Shown here in pieces: positions 52,399 through 63,619 of a DNA stretch of 64,000 nt. The stretch lies in assembly GCA_963706575.1 (NCBI GenBank), contig CAVPNL010000006.1:480001-544000 (forward strand). Reading direction: 5' to 3'. The first letter of the stretch is position 1. The number at the start of each line of letters is the position of its first letter. The notes below the pieces were generated by a model. It was not told the DNA's origin. It did no database searches and saw only the letters and a list, made by a program, of their open reading frames with translations. A program made the translations under genes and the position numbers. The DNA is from an uncultured delta proteobacterium. Its GTDB lineage: Bacteria; Desulfobacterota; Desulfobacteria; Desulfobacterales; JAHEIW01.

Positions 52399-54478
52399 GC
52401 TCCTCTTCCAGGGTCGCTTTATGGCTGAGCCGGATTTTGCCGTCCCGGCTGATTTCTAAAACCTTAACTTTGAGCATGTCGCCCTCTTTTACGACATCGG
52501 ATACTTTGGTTATGCGCCGATTGGCAAGCTGGGAAATATGAACCAGGCCGTCGGTGCCGGGCAGAATTTGCACAAATGCGCCAAAATCGGTAATTTTGAC
52601 CACTTTACCCTCATAGATGGCACCGATCTCCGGTTCCTGAGTGAGGTCTTCTACCATTTTAAGGGCGGCATCACCTTCCTCTTTTGAGAAGGCCGCAATT
52701 TTAACCATGCCGGAATCATCGATTTCAATGCTGGTATTGGTTTCGCTTTGTATCCCGCGGATGATTTTGCCTCCCGGTCCGATGATCTCGCGGATTTTAT
52801 CCGGATTAATCTTGATGGTCGTGATCGTGGGCGCATAGGGCGAGATTTCTTTGCGCGGTTCCGGGATGGTTTCCAGCATTTTATTGAGGATGAAAATCCT
52901 GCCCGCGCGGGCCTGCTCCAAAGCGCGTTGCATGATGTCACGGGAAAGTTCATGGATTTTGATATCCATTTGAAGCGCGGTGATTCCATCTGCGGAGCCG
53001 GTGACCTTAAAATCCATATCACCGGTATGATCTTCATCCCCCAGAATATCTGAAAGAATAACCACCTGGTCATCTTCTTTTACCAGGCCCATCGCAATAC
53101 CGGCTACCGGGGATTTTATGGGAACCCCGCCGTCCATCAGGGCCATGCAGCATGAGCAAACCGTTCCCATGGATGAAGAACCGTTGGATTCCAGGACCTC
53201 AGAAACCAGACGAATGGTGTAATCGAATGCTTCCTTATCCGGTAAAATTTTTTCAATGGCCCGGGTGGACAGCCCGCCGTGCCCGATATCGCGACGCGAT
53301 GGGCCGGAAATGCGTTTGGTTTCGCCCACAGAATAGGGTGGGAAATTATAATGAAGCATAAACTGTCTGAATTCCTCACCGTATAGGGTCTCGACGCGTT
53401 GTTCGTCCTGTCCGGAGCCCAGGGTCAGGACGCCCAGGACCTGGGTTTCACCCCGGGTGAAAAGCGCGCTGCCGTGGGGCCGGGGCAGTAAACCCACTTC
53501 ACAGGTGATCGGCCGAATTTCGTCAAATTTTCGATTATCAATTCGACGATTTTCTTTTAAAATAAGATCGCGGCTGATCTGTTTCTGGATATCTTTAAGA
53601 ATTTCGTAAACTTCCGCCTTGCGGTCGCTATAATCTTCGCCCAGCTTCTCAAATATCTCGGCCTTGAGCTCACGCACTGCATCCTGGCGACTTATTTTCT
53701 CAGGAATGAGAATCGCTTCACGGATGCGGCCGGAAGCCTCGGCATTTAAGGTCTCGACCAGCTGCGGATCCTTTTGCGGCGGGGTAAACGGCCGTTTCGG
53801 CACGCCGTTAGATTCCTTCAATTTTAGCTGCATATCAATTAGCGGCTGCATTTCCTGGTGGCCAAAAAATATGGCTTCCAGCATATCGGCTTCGCTGACT
53901 ACGTCGCTGCCGCCTTCCACCATCACGACACCGGTCTTGGAACCGGCAACGATAATATTGATATCGCTATTTTCCAACTCCGAAGAAGGCGGATTAATTT
54001 TCAGCTGGCCGTCAATTCGGCCCACCCGCACGCAGGCGATCGGTCCGGCAAACGGAATGTCGGAAAGCTCCAGCGCTGTCGAGGCGCCGATCATTGCCAG
54101 GGTATCCGGGTCATTTTCCTGGTCCATGGACAACACGGTTGCGATCACCTGAATTTCATAGCGCCACTCTTTTGGAAACAGGGGGCGAATGGGTCGGTCG
54201 ATCAGACGGGCGGTTAACGTTTCTTTTTCACTGGGCCGACCGATTTCTCGACGGAAATAGTTTCCGGGGATTCGTCCGGCCGCATAAATTTTTTCTTGAT
54301 ACTCTACGGTCAGGGGTAAAAAATTCGAGTCCCTTTCATCATGGGCGGCGACAACGGTCACAAGTACAATGGTATCTCCATATCGAACCACCACTGAACC
54401 GGATGCCTGTTTGGCAACTTTGTCGGTCTGGATACTCAGGGTTCGGCCCCCGATTTCTTCTTTAAGCAAAATTTCCAT
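52379..54478 (-). CDS. pnp: Polyribonucleotide nucleotidyltransferase
   Basis: RNase PH domains, [17 protein letters not shown] and S1 domains. Confidence 0.98.
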   Translation of the reverse strand: MEILLKEEIGGRTLSIQTDKVAKQASGSVVVRYGDTIVLVTVVAAHDERDSNFLPLTVEYQEKIYAAGRIPGNYFRREIGRPSEKETLTARLIDRPIRPLFPKEWRYEIQVIATVLSMDQENDPDTLAMIGASTALELSDIPFAGPIACVRVGRIDGQLKINPPSSELENSDINIIVAGSKTGVVMVEGGSDVVSEADMLEAIFFGHQEMQPLIDMQLKLKESNGVPKRPFTPPQKDPQLVETLNAEASGRIREAILIPEKISRQDAVRELKAEIFEKLGEDYSDRKAEVYEILKDIQKQISRDLILKENRRIDNRKFDEIRPITCEVGLLPRPHGSALFTRGETQVLGVLTLGSGQDEQRVETLYGEEFRQFMLHYNFPPYSVGETKRISGPSRRDIGHGGLSTRAIEKILPDKEAFDYTIRLVSEVLESNGSSSMGTVCSCCMALMDGGVPIKSPVAGIAMGLVKEDDQVVILSDILGDEDHTGDMDFKVTGSADGITALQMDIKIHELSRDIMQRALEQARAGRIFILNKMLETIPEPRKEISPYAPTITTIKINPDKIREIIGPGGKIIRGIQSETNTSIEIDDSGMVKIAAFSKEEGDAALKMVEDLTQEPEIGAIYEGKVVKITDFGAFVQILPGTDGLVHISQLANRRITKVSDVVKEGDMLKVKVLEISRDGKIRLSHKATLEEEHGRSNR

Positions 54479-54719
54479 TTTTTCTCCTAAAATGCTGCAA
54501 CGCCCAATCCGTTTTCATCTATGATGATGTCCGCATTTCAAAGCGGCGATCATGGAAAGGCCAGGCGCTAAATTTGTATGTCTATCAAAACCCGAAGAGG
54601 ATCGGGCTTCGGACAGCGTTTGTTTCATCCGGCATCGCTGTGCCTTTCAGCAGCGCTAAACAATTGCACTGTTGAAACCACTGATGATTGAGGCACAAGG
54701 GGCGAGCCCGTTCGGCAGG

Positions 54720-54989
54720 CTATCGTTTCAACCCTAAGGTGTCAATTATGGCCCGGTAGCGATTGACGTCTTTGTGCTTCACGTAGTTCAGCAGGCGGCG
54801 GCGCCTACCCACGAGCATCAGCAATCCCCTGCGGGAATGATGATCTTTTTGGTGAATCTTTAAATGCTCGGTGAGGGAGGAAATACGATAGGTCAATAGG
54901 CCGACCTGGACTTCGGGCGATCCGGTATCGGTTTCGTGCAGCTTGAATTTGTCAATCAATTTCTTTTTGTCTTCTGTGTCAAAAACCAC
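54720..54989 (-). CDS. rpsO: 30S ribosomal protein S15
   Basis: [19 protein letters not shown]. Confidence 0.98.
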   Translation of the reverse strand: MVFDTEDKKKLIDKFKLHETDTGSPEVQVGLLTYRISSLTEHLKIHQKDHHSRRGLLMLVGRRRRLLNYVKHKDVNRYRAIIDTLGLKR

Positions 54990-55044
54990 TTTTCCAGCCT
55001 CCTCTAAGGGAAATTATGTTTGTGTTATTTTCAGTATCACTTTT

Positions 55045-56133
55045 TCAGTTTGGAAAAACACAGGCATATGAGAACTTGTCCCTGTTCTTTTCATAATTTA
55101 ACACCGCATGCAAGTTATTGTCGCCATCCACAATTTTTATGTTGGCATCTTTTTTTTTGGATTTTTCTGATGACCGATCGATTCTTATATCCGACGTTTT
55201 CAGCCGTTTGCCATGTCTGATCTTTTCGATCAATTTTTGATCGGCAATGCAGGTCGGCATGTCCCCCAGGGCATCGGTCATGCTGATGAGATACCGTTTG
55301 CTGTCACCTGCCAGAACCCGCTTTTCCAGCCGCGTCAGCGAAATTGCCTGCTCAATTTTAAAGCCGCTGCTTGCCGTGCGCTTGAGCGCCAGAAGATGCC
55401 CACCACATCCCAGCTGCCGTCCAATGTCAGCGCACAGGGTGCGGATATAGGTTCCGGCAGAACATGAGACCTCAAAATGAACCAGCGGCAGCTTTACTTC
55501 AAGAACTTTAATTTTTGAAATATGGATCCATCTGGCCGGCTTTTGAATCGGTGTGCCCTTGCGAGCCAACCGATACAGTGGTGTTCCTTTGTGTTTTAAA
55601 GCCGAAAAGACCGGCGGTTGTTGTTCAATCTGTCCCTCAAATTTTTTAACCGCCGATTTTATCGTATCTTCCGGCCAGTCCTTGACCGGTTTGACGGCGG
55701 TAACAGTTCCGGTCATATCCTGCGTATCGGTTTCAATCCCCAGTTTAAGGGTTGCGTCATATGTTTTATTGCCGGCCAGCAGAAACCGTGCCAGTCGAGT
55801 CGCATCATTTATGCAGCATACCAGGACCCCTTCGGCAAATGGATCCAAGGTGCCGGTATGGCCGACTTTTCTGGCGCCTAACAGGCGTTTGACATCAGCG
55901 ACAACCCTGGCAGAGGTGGTATTTTGCGGCTTATCGACAACGATAACGCCGCTTGATTGGGTTTTCCAAACCGGGTGCTTTGCACCCGGTTTCACCCGCA
56001 ACGATTGGGGCGCTTCGCGCCCCTGTCTTTTACCGCCTTTGGCGGTAAAATCCAAGCCATCCGCTTTGCGGTTGGTCGTTGACCCCTGCCGCTTTTTTAT
56101 CGGTTGCTTTTGGATAGGCGATGATGAACGCAT
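55045..56133 (-). CDS. truB: tRNA pseudouridine(55) synthase (start uncertain)
   Basis: VGHTGTLDP, QQPPVFSALK, CSAGTYIR. Confidence 0.93.
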   Translation of the reverse strand: MRSSSPIQKQPIKKRQGSTTNRKADGLDFTAKGGKRQGREAPQSLRVKPGAKHPVWKTQSSGVIVVDKPQNTTSARVVADVKRLLGARKVGHTGTLDPFAEGVLVCCINDATRLARFLLAGNKTYDATLKLGIETDTQDMTGTVTAVKPVKDWPEDTIKSAVKKFEGQIEQQPPVFSALKHKGTPLYRLARKGTPIQKPARWIHISKIKVLEVKLPLVHFEVSCSAGTYIRTLCADIGRQLGCGGHLLALKRTASSGFKIEQAISLTRLEKRVLAGDSKRYLISMTDALGDMPTCIADQKLIEKIRHGKRLKTSDIRIDRSSEKSKKKDANIKIVDGDNNLHAVLNYEKNRDKFSYACVFPN

Positions 56134-56138
56134 CCGGT

Positions 56139-57110
56139 TTATAAATCTTCAGCCAATTCAATGATTTTTGTTTTCAACGCCACCAGCGTTGATTCAATCT
56201 GAAATCCGGCAGCACTGCTGTGTCCGCCGCCGCCAAATTTCCCCGCTATTTTGGCGACATCCACACTGCTGTCGGATCGCAGGCTGACGTGGTAGCGGTT
56301 CATATTGGTGAATTTGCCGGCGCCATTTTTTATTTCATGGATGAGCGCGGCGACTTTCACGTCCTCAATGCGCCGCGCATAATTGATCATACCATCTAAA
56401 TCTTCCGTGTTCGTTCCGCTTGTATTGAGCATGCTGCGGGTTACGGTCATCAGCGACAATTTGCCGTTGTCTGAAATTTCGATCGAGTTCAGCGCCATAT
56501 TTAAAAGCTTGATGCGACCCAGGGAATAGGTTCCAAATACGCGTTGCGCGACACTGTGGGGTTCCACACCGGCATCTGTCATCGCCTTGCTGATGGCAAA
56601 AGCCGCGCGGTTTGTATTTGAAAAACGAAACGAGCCGGTATCCGTTAAAATTCCCGTGTAAATGGAAGTCGCAATGGCTTTATCAAAAGGGATCTCCAGC
56701 GCATTGATCAAGCGGTAAACAATTTCGGCTGTGGCGCAGGCGTTGGTGTCGATCAGTTGGATATGCCCGAAGCCGGTGTTTGAAACGTGATGATCAATGT
56801 TAATCAGGACCGGTATCTTGCCCACCTCAGCGCTGGTTTCACCGATTCTGACCAGGTCGCCGCAATCCAGTACAAGCGCCAGGTCATACGTGTCGGCGGT
56901 TTTGATCTGCCGTACGATTCGGCCGGCACCGGGGAGAAATCGGTAAACGGCCGGAATAGGACTTGAATTGTACATGGTAATTTTTTTGTCCAGCTTGGCC
57001 AGCGCCAGGCCTAATGCCACCAGAGAACCGACGCAGTCCCCATCAGGTTCGGCATGCGAAGCGATCAAAATGTGTTGACCGTCTTTAATATGTTGGATGA
57101 TCTGATCCAT
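56139..57110 (-). CDS. nrnA: DHH family phosphoesterase (NrnA-like)
   Basis: HAEPDGD, IDHH, TDTGSF, GGGGH..AAG. Confidence 0.92.
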   Translation of the reverse strand: MDQIIQHIKDGQHILIASHAEPDGDCVGSLVALGLALAKLDKKITMYNSSPIPAVYRFLPGAGRIVRQIKTADTYDLALVLDCGDLVRIGETSAEVGKIPVLINIDHHVSNTGFGHIQLIDTNACATAEIVYRLINALEIPFDKAIATSIYTGILTDTGSFRFSNTNRAAFAISKAMTDAGVEPHSVAQRVFGTYSLGRIKLLNMALNSIEISDNGKLSLMTVTRSMLNTSGTNTEDLDGMINYARRIEDVKVAALIHEIKNGAGKFTNMNRYHVSLRSDSSVDVAKIAGKFGGGGHSSAAGFQIESTLVALKTKIIELAEDL

Positions 57111-57111
57111 T

Positions 57112-57456
57112 TTAAATTTTGGTTGATTTGATCAACTCGTCAATATGCGCGCCGTATTCCAACGAGTCATCATAAAAAAATTTTATATCCGGCATGTACT
57201 TGAGGTCAATTTCTTGTGCCAGGATCCGTTTAATAAATCCACGGGCACTGTTAAAACCTTTAATGGCCGCATCCTTTTTCTGCTTGCCGCCGGGAGTCGT
57301 AAAGTATATTCGCGCCAGCTTTAAGTCACGCGAAACTTCGACCTCTGTGATGGTGGCCATTTTCAGGCGCGGATCCCCGATATCTCTTTTCAATATTTCG
57401 GATAGGACTTGCTGGATTAAACCGCTGACCCTGTCTGATCGTGCAAATGGAATCAT
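57112..57456 (-). CDS. rbfA: Ribosome-binding factor A
   Basis: RSDRV, DPRL..TITEVEVSRDL, PDIKFFYDDS. Confidence 0.96.
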   Translation of the reverse strand: MIPFARSDRVSGLIQQVLSEILKRDIGDPRLKMATITEVEVSRDLKLARIYFTTPGGKQKKDAAIKGFNSARGFIKRILAQEIDLKYMPDIKFFYDDSLEYGAHIDELIKSTKI

Positions 57457-57740
57457 AAATGAATAATTTCCATCTCCGTATCGATAATTTCTGCAAGGCC
57501 GAGATCTTCGGCCAAATTTACCATCTTATCTATTTTTGAATTGATGATGGCTTGATCATTGCCGACCAGCGAAAAACCGATTTCCGCCCGCTGGTGAACG
57601 TCGTTGGATCCGATTTCCGCCACCGAGGCATTAAAGTTGTTGCGCAGCCGGCTGATAATCGATTTAATAACTTTGCGCTTCCCTTTCAGAGAGCGGCAAT
57701 CATGCAATCTGAAGGTGATGATTCCGATTCCAACTACCAT
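57453..57740 (-). CDS. DUF503 (YlxP) protein
   Basis: SLKGKRKV..NFNASVAE; position between infB and rbfA. Confidence 0.9.
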   Translation of the reverse strand: MVVGIGIITFRLHDCRSLKGKRKVIKSIISRLRNNFNASVAEIGSNDVHQRAEIGFSLVGNDQAIINSKIDKMVNLAEDLGLAEIIDTEMEIIHL

Positions 57741-57741
57741 T

Positions 57742-57915
57742 GTCGCTTCGCTCCCTTCCAGGAGCGCTGTGCTTTAAGAGCGTTTCACTTAAAGAGCGCT
57801 TCGCTTTAGGAAAGGTCCTTTAAATACCTTTAACCTCAAACCCCGGAGGGGTGGTCCTCAAGGCCTGAAAGGCCGCTCTTCGAGGCACCGTCTCAATGAC
57901 GGGGCCGCTCCTTAT
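57742..57915. repeat. Family C hairpin-unit element between infB and DUF503
   Basis: Minus strand: ggagcgg..gaagagc-ggcct ttc aggcc-ttgagg..ccc tcc gggg-tttgagg ... cctaaagcgaagcgctc..cttaaagcacagcgctcct..gagcgaagcgac. Confidence 0.75.
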
Positions 57916-57918
57916 TTT

Positions 57919-60507
57919 TTATTTGATTTCAGGCCTTATCTCTTCCAGGTAATAACAGTCAATCGTATCGCCGACTTTAATGTCATTGAAGTTCTCTATG
58001 CCGATGCCGCATTCATAACCGGCCTGGACTTCTTTGACATCATCTTTAAATCGACGCAAAGAAGAATTTTTGCCTTCAAATACCACCACGCCGTCTCTGA
58101 GAAGGCGCATGTTTTGACCGCGTTCCATTTTGCCATCCGTTACATAACAGCCGGCAATATTGCCTACCTTGGGAATCTGGAAGACTTCGCGAACCTCAGC
58201 GGTACCCATGACGCGTTCCTCAAAGGTGGAAGCCATCATTCCGACCAGCGCGTTTTTAACATCTTTGATAACGTCATAGATAACGTTGTAAAAACGCATG
58301 TCCACATTTTCTTCGTTGGCCAGTGACTGAACTTTGGGACTCGGTCGTACGTTAAAGCCGATAATAATCGCGTTTGATACGGTCGCCAGTGAGATATCCG
58401 ACTCGGCAATCGTTCCGCTGGCTGAATGGACGACGTTTACATTAACCTCATCGTTTGAAAGTTTGGTTAAGGAGTCATTTAGGGCTTCAATTGAACCATG
58501 AACATCTGCTTTAATAATGATGTTTAAATCCTTTACCTCACCTTCCTGCATGCGCTCATAAAGCTTGTCCAGACTCAGCCGGCTGGATTGCGCCAGTTCC
58601 CTTGACCGTTGTTTCTGCTGCCGATGTTCGCTGACCTGTTTAGCATTTTTTTCATCTTTAAGCGCCAGGAATTCGTCACCGGCCATGGGCACCCCGGAGA
58701 GGCCGACGATTTCCACCGGTACTGACGGCCCGGCCGATTCTACCTGATGGCCCCGATCGTCCAGCATTGCGCGGATTCGGCCGTAATGCATGCCGCACAC
58801 CACCGGATCACCGGCGCGCAGGGTGCCTTCTCTTACCAGGACAGTGGCGACGGGGCCGCGGCCCGAGTCGATTTTGGCTTCCACCACATGACCGCTGGCC
58901 AATTTATCGGGATTGGCTTTGAATTCCAACACTTCGGCCTGAAGCAATATCATTTCCAGCAGTTCATCAATCCCCTCGGCCTCTTTGGCCGAGACGTTCA
59001 CAAAAATGGTATCACCGCCCCAATCTTCCGGGCTTAGGCCGATTTCGGCAAGCTCCCGTTTAACCTTTTCGGGTTCTGCATTCTGTTTGTCGATTTTGTT
59101 TATAGCGACGATAATCGGAACCCCGGCCGCTCTGGAATGATTAATGGCCTCCGTTGTCTGGGGCATAACCCCGTCATCGGCCGCAACCACCAAAACCACG
59201 ATATCGGTAACCTGGGCGCCTCGAGCCCTCATTGCCGTAAAGGCTTCGTGCCCGGGTGTATCTAGAAAGGCGATTTGCCCTTTGTCGGTTTTGACATGAT
59301 AAGCGCCGATATGCTGGGTAATTCCGCCGGCTTCCGTTTCAGAAACTCGCGTTTTGCGAATAACGTCGAGTAAGGAAGTTTTGCCATGATCAACGTGACC
59401 CATAATGGTGACCACCGGTGGCCGCGGTACCAGATTTTCGGGATCATCGGTTTCTTGCTTTAATATGGCTTCTTCCTCGAAACTGGCGCGTTCCACTTCA
59501 TATTCGAATTCGCCGGCAATCAGCGCGGCGGTATCAAAATCTATTGTTTGATTGACCGTGGCCATAGACCCCATTGCCATCATGGCTTTTATGATTTCGC
59601 TGGCTTTAATTCCCATGCGTTTGGCCAGTTCCGAAAGCACGATGGCCTCATCAATTTTTATGCGGCGTTTGATCGCCTTGGCAACGGTAATCTGTGTTTT
59701 TTGACCGCCGACTTGTTTTTTGCCTTTACCCATCTTGCGCTGCTTGCGTGGTCGGTATCCGCCAGCGTAAAGGTCTTCACCTTCGACGACCGCTTTTTTC
59801 TTGAAAGAAATTTTCTTTTTCAGAAATTTCTTATCTACATCCGATTCTTCATACTTTTTCTTGCGTTTTCTTTTCTTTGCCTCTTTACCTGCGGGTGAGT
59901 CTTCCTGTGGTGGGCTCGGTGCTGCCGCTTTTTTGCCGATCGGCCGCTTTTCAACTTTGGCCTTTGCTTTTTTGGGCTCGGCCTTTTTCTCTTTTAACGG
60001 CCTTTCAGGCGGTTTAAGCGGCAGCTTGATGATTTTGGCAGAGGGTTCTTTCTTGGGTTTTTTTGCTTTTTTGGCCGCCGGTTTTTCTTCAACCTCCGCA
60101 GCGCCGGCTTCTTGCGGCTCTTCTGCTTCTAATTCTTTAAGCGTTTCGCCTTCAGCGATGGATTCTTCAGTCACCTCGGCAGCGATCGCTTCGTTGTCGG
60201 CTTCTGCGGCCCCATCGCCTATTGCTTCAGGCTCAGCGTCTGGCTTTGCAGATACCTCAGCTTTAACCTTTTTGCGTCGTCTGCGAATAACCGTCGGTTT
60301 GATTCGGGTCTCTTCGATGGTTTCTTTTTTTTGCGGGGTGCTAAAAAACGATGATTTAATTTGGTCAATAGTATCATCATCCAAAGCACTCATGTGGCTC
60401 TTAACGGAGATATCCAAGTCACCGAGCTTTTCGAGAAGCACCTTGTTGGTCATATTCAAATCCCTGGCAAGTTCGTACACTCTGAGCCTGGCCATTCTTT
60501 CCCCCAA
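57919..60507 (-). CDS. infB: Translation initiation factor IF-2
   Basis: [23 protein letters not shown]. Confidence 0.98.
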   Translation of the reverse strand: MGERMARLRVYELARDLNMTNKVLLEKLGDLDISVKSHMSALDDDTIDQIKSSFFSTPQKKETIEETRIKPTVIRRRRKKVKAEVSAKPDAEPEAIGDGAAEADNEAIAAEVTEESIAEGETLKELEAEEPQEAGAAEVEEKPAAKKAKKPKKEPSAKIIKLPLKPPERPLKEKKAEPKKAKAKVEKRPIGKKAAAPSPPQEDSPAGKEAKKRKRKKKYEESDVDKKFLKKKISFKKKAVVEGEDLYAGGYRPRKQRKMGKGKKQVGGQKTQITVAKAIKRRIKIDEAIVLSELAKRMGIKASEIIKAMMAMGSMATVNQTIDFDTAALIAGEFEYEVERASFEEEAILKQETDDPENLVPRPPVVTIMGHVDHGKTSLLDVIRKTRVSETEAGGITQHIGAYHVKTDKGQIAFLDTPGHEAFTAMRARGAQVTDIVVLVVAADDGVMPQTTEAINHSRAAGVPIIVAINKIDKQNAEPEKVKRELAEIGLSPEDWGGDTIFVNVSAKEAEGIDELLEMILLQAEVLEFKANPDKLASGHVVEAKIDSGRGPVATVLVREGTLRAGDPVVCGMHYGRIRAMLDDRGHQVESAGPSVPVEIVGLSGVPMAGDEFLALKDEKNAKQVSEHRQQKQRSRELAQSSRLSLDKLYERMQEGEVKDLNIIIKADVHGSIEALNDSLTKLSNDEVNVNVVHSASGTIAESDISLATVSNAIIIGFNVRPSPKVQSLANEENVDMRFYNVIYDVIKDVKNALVGMMASTFEERVMGTAEVREVFQIPKVGNIAGCYVTDGKMERGQNMRLLRDGVVVFEGKNSSLRRFKDDVKEVQAGYECGIGIENFNDIKVGDTIDCYYLEEIRPEIK

Positions 60508-60570
60508 AATTTTAATTCATGAGCGGCGCGCGACCGCAATTTATCCTTCAGACGATAGCATCGTCTATGA

Positions 60571-62220
60571 TTAATTTTCTTTATCGGTTTCAGCGCTTTC
60601 AGGTTTATTTTCAGATTGTTCAGCGGTCTCAGCCGTATCGCTTTCGGCGCTTTCAGGTTTATCTTCAGATTGTTCAGCGGCCTCAGCCGTATCGCTTTCG
60701 GCGCTTTCAGGTTTATCTTCAGATTGTTCAGCGGCCTCAGCGGTATCGCTTTCAGCTGTTTCAGGTTTATCTTCAGATTGTTCAGCAGCTTCCGCTATAT
60801 CGGTTTCGGCTTTTTGAGGCTCATCGCCATCCACTGAATCGGTTTGATCATTTTGCGACGCCCCATCAGGTGGTGCCGTGTCCTTGTCGCTGTCGGTCTG
60901 TTCCTGTTCACCTTCATTTCCATCGGTTTCGCCCGTGTCGGTCTCTTTGGCCTTCTCTTCTTCGATGTCTTCAGCTTGCTGGGCTTCCAACACGGCGGTT
61001 TCAGCGGCGGCAATCAATTTCTTAGCGGTTTCTTCACCGATCCCTCTGACTTGAATTAAATCCTCTGCAGTCGCATTGCTGACTTCTTCGGCTGAGTAAA
61101 GACCCAATTCATAAAGTGCATCCGCCATACTGATTCCAACACCCGGCAGCGCCACCAATGAATCATATCCGCTTTGCATAGCGATGCTGTATTTGGTTTC
61201 ACTTTTTACATCCAGGTGCCAGCCGGTGAGTTTGGAGGCCAGGCGAACGTTTTGGCCCTTTTTGCCGATGGCGATCGATAAAAATTCATCCGGTACGATG
61301 ACCTCCATGGATTGATTGGCTTCATCGATAATCACCCGCGAAATTTCAGCCGGTGCCAGCGCGTTACACACGAATTTGGCCGGATCAATATGCCATGGTA
61401 TAATATCGATTTTTTCCCCTCTGAGTTCCTGCACAACATTTTGTACGCGGCTACCTTTCATACCCACACAGGCCCCCACGGGATCGATATCGGAATTATT
61501 TGAAGCCACCGCGAATTTGGCCCGGACGCCCGGTTCGCGTGCGGCCCCCATGATGGTTACAATTCCCTCTGTGATCTCGGGGACTTCGGTACGAAAAAGA
61601 TGGATCAAAAAGTTCGGATGGGTCCGTGAGAGAATAATCTGCGGGCCGCGCGATTCATGCAATACGTCCAAAATGTACGCCCGAATCCGATCACCGCGCC
61701 GATAGGTTTCCTTGGGGACCTGTTCGCGAACTGGCACAATCCCTTCGGTGTGGCCCAGATTAACAATGATATCGCTGCGGTCTATGCGCTGCACAATACC
61801 ATTGAGCGTGTCACCTTTGCGATTGATGAAACTGGCATAAACGGCATCTTTTTCAGCATCCTTCATCTTCTGAATAATGACCTGTTTGGCTGATTGAGCC
61901 GCTATGCGGCCGAAGGTGGAGGTGTCCATTTTTGTGCCGAGGCTGTCTCCAATTTCGCAATCCGGGTCCAGTTTGCGTCCTTCTTCGAGGCTGATTTCAA
62001 GCGCCGGTTCGGTCACATTCTCGGTTACATCCTTGAATTGAAAGACTTCAATTTCGCCGGAGGTTTCATTGTATTGGACCTCGATATCCATTTTGGGGCC
62101 GTACTTTTTGCGGGCAGCAGATTTTAGGGCCTCCTCCAAGGCTTTGATCAAGACGTCTCGCTCGATACCTTTATCCCGGCTCACTTGTTCAACAACTCGA
62201 CTGATATCTGAAATTTGCAT
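60571..62220 (-). CDS. nusA: Transcription termination factor NusA with long acidic tail
   Basis: FGRIAAQ, S1 and KH domains, [10 protein letters not shown], HhH, repetitive acidic C-terminus. Confidence 0.97.
   Translation of the reverse strand: MQISDISRVVEQVSRDKGIERDVLIKALEEALKSAARKKYGPKMDIEVQYNETSGEIEVFQFKDVTENVTEPALEISLEEGRKLDPDCEIGDSLGTKMDTSTFGRIAAQSAKQVIIQKMKDAEKDAVYASFINRKGDTLNGIVQRIDRSDIIVNLGHTEGIVPVREQVPKETYRRGDRIRAYILDVLHESRGPQIILSRTHPNFLIHLFRTEVPEITEGIVTIMGAAREPGVRAKFAVASNNSDIDPVGACVGMKGSRVQNVVQELRGEKIDIIPWHIDPAKFVCNALAPAEISRVIIDEANQSMEVIVPDEFLSIAIGKKGQNVRLASKLTGWHLDVKSETKYSIAMQSGYDSLVALPGVGISMADALYELGLYSAEEVSNATAEDLIQVRGIGEETAKKLIAAAETAVLEAQQAEDIEEEKAKETDTGETDGNEGEQEQTDSDKDTAPPDGASQNDQTDSVDGDEPQKAETDIAEAAEQSEDKPETAESDTAEAAEQSEDKPESAESDTAEAAEQSEDKPESAESDTAETAEQSENKPESAETDKEN
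60583..60810. repeat. About 3.8 x 60-bp coding tandem repeat in the nusA 3' end
   Basis: The 60-nt lines at 60601, 60661 and 60721 are near-identical; encodes [22 protein letters not shown] 20-aa units. Confidence 0.9.
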
Positions 62221-62756
62221 CAGATTTCTCCGTCCACGTCGACCAACCGCGCTTTGGAAATATTTCCATACGGGATGACGACTGTTTTTTCATTTGATGA
62301 TAATTTTATCTGGTCTGCAGCAACTCCCAAAATAATGCCAGTAAAATTTTTCTGATCATTAATGGGTTGCCATGTTTTTATTTTAGCCCTGCGGCCCTTA
62401 AATCGCTCATAATCTTGCGGCTTGGACAAGGGGCGTTCCGGCCCCGGCGATGTGACCTCCAGATTGTATGGACCGATGTCATCCAGATACACATCCAGCA
62501 GGTCATTCAACTGGCGGCTGACATTCATACAGTCGTCGAGTGCCACGCCTCCGGCTCGATCAATATACAGGCGAAGTATCCTGCCACCGGGCTCGCGTTG
62601 ATATTCAACATGGACCAGCTCCAACCCTTCATTATCGCACAGCGGTTCGGCAAGTGCTTCAACTTGTTTTATAATTTCTTTTTCCTTCTTGGATCCGACT
62701 CGTCTGCTCCGGTTATCCGCAAAGTTGGTCTTGGATTTGCGGCTTTTCGTTTTCAT
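62220..62756 (-). CDS. rimP: Ribosome maturation factor RimP
   Basis: LRLYID..LDDC..VSR, YNLEVTSPG.ERPL. Confidence 0.96.
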   Translation of the reverse strand: MKTKSRKSKTNFADNRSRRVGSKKEKEIIKQVEALAEPLCDNEGLELVHVEYQREPGGRILRLYIDRAGGVALDDCMNVSRQLNDLLDVYLDDIGPYNLEVTSPGPERPLSKPQDYERFKGRRAKIKTWQPINDQKNFTGIILGVAADQIKLSSNEKTVVIPYGNISKARLVDVDGEI

Positions 62757-62779
62757 CCGAACCTTTAATTATCTCCCTT

Positions 62780-62811
62780 AAAAAAAACAAAAAACGGGCT
62801 GACGCCCGTTT
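62780..62811 (-). terminator. Hairpin plus U-tract in the rimP-nusA leader (terminator/attenuator)
   Basis: Minus strand aaacgggc-gtca-gcccgttt followed by a T-run. Confidence 0.7.
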
Positions 62812-62951
62812 CCTCAATTCCAGGTAGATCTTTGACTTTTGTGCGATAAAAGTTATCAGTTCATAACACCGACCATAAGGTAATAGTTAAATCCATCCCA
62901 CAGTCCTTAAAAAGTCCTACCCTAACCAACGAAAAGGAAACGAACCCTAAC

Positions 62952-63027
62952 TGGAGCGGGCAACGAGATTCGAACTCGCGACACCAAGCTTGGGAAGCTT
63001 GTACTCTACCAGCTGAGCTATGCCCGC
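62952..63027 (-). tRNA. tRNA-Gly (CCC)
   Basis: GCGGGCATAGCTCAGCTGGTAGAG..CAAGC-TTCCCAA-GCTTG..GTTCGAATC..GCCCGCTCCA; 76 nt, encoded CCA. Confidence 0.97.
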
Positions 63028-63133
63028 TCTTTAATCTAGATGATTATGACAAAATCAGCCGCTTGTCAATATATTTCAATAAATAAAAAAGTGCCTTATT
63101 TGTGGAGCCGGGCTATTTTGAAGTCCATTTTTT

Positions 63134-63209
63134 CACCACGAAGGCCACCAAGCTCACAAAGGATCAAAAAGTCGAAGCTGAGATTTTTTACTTTGTGTTC
63201 TTCGTGGTT
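63134..63209. repeat. Decayed CACGAAG-family inverted tandem-repeat element
   Basis: caccacgaaggc-caccaagct-cacaaag ... ctttgtgtt-cttcgtggt. Confidence 0.75.
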
Positions 63210-63246
63210 TACACAAGGAGCGCTCCAGCACTTGGTGGAAGGAGGC

Positions 63247-63591
63247 CTATCCGAGTAAATCCCTGATGGCCTTGAGTTCCGAATGCAGTTCCTGCAACAT
63301 TTGTTTGGCAGGCGTCTTTTTTTTGCCGATTCTGGCAGACAAATGCTGACGGGCGCCCTGGATGGTAAACTTTTTTTCATAGAGCAGATGCTTGATTTTT
63401 AGCACCAGCTCGATATCACTGCGGGTATACAGGCGTTGTCCCGACGAGGTTCGTTTCGGGCGAATCCGTGGGAATTCGGTTTCCCAGAATCTCAGGACAT
63501 ATGTCGGCAGCCCTGCAATTTTGCTGACTTCACCAATCCGAAAATAAAGTTTGTCCGGAATCTCTTTTTGGGGTGTTTTTGAATTTTGCAT
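63247..63591 (-). CDS. MerR family transcriptional regulator
   Basis: IPDKLYFRIGEVS..YVLRFWETEF..GQRLY..FTIQGAR. Confidence 0.92.
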   Translation of the reverse strand: MQNSKTPQKEIPDKLYFRIGEVSKIAGLPTYVLRFWETEFPRIRPKRTSSGQRLYTRSDIELVLKIKHLLYEKKFTIQGARQHLSARIGKKKTPAKQMLQELHSELKAIRDLLG

Positions 63592-63619
63592 TTTTAGCGC
63601 CTGGGTATGGTCGTGGCGA

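Noticed and set aside
60583..60810. Possible CRISPR array
   Set aside because: Units are contiguous with no unique spacers, lie in frame inside nusA, and no cas genes are present.
59801..61025. Long plus-strand ORFs (257 and 168 aa)
   Set aside because: Antisense shadows of low-complexity infB and nusA regions.
62952..63027. tRNA-anchored genomic island or prophage
   Set aside because: No integrase and no duplicated tRNA 3' end were seen; the flanks are core genes.
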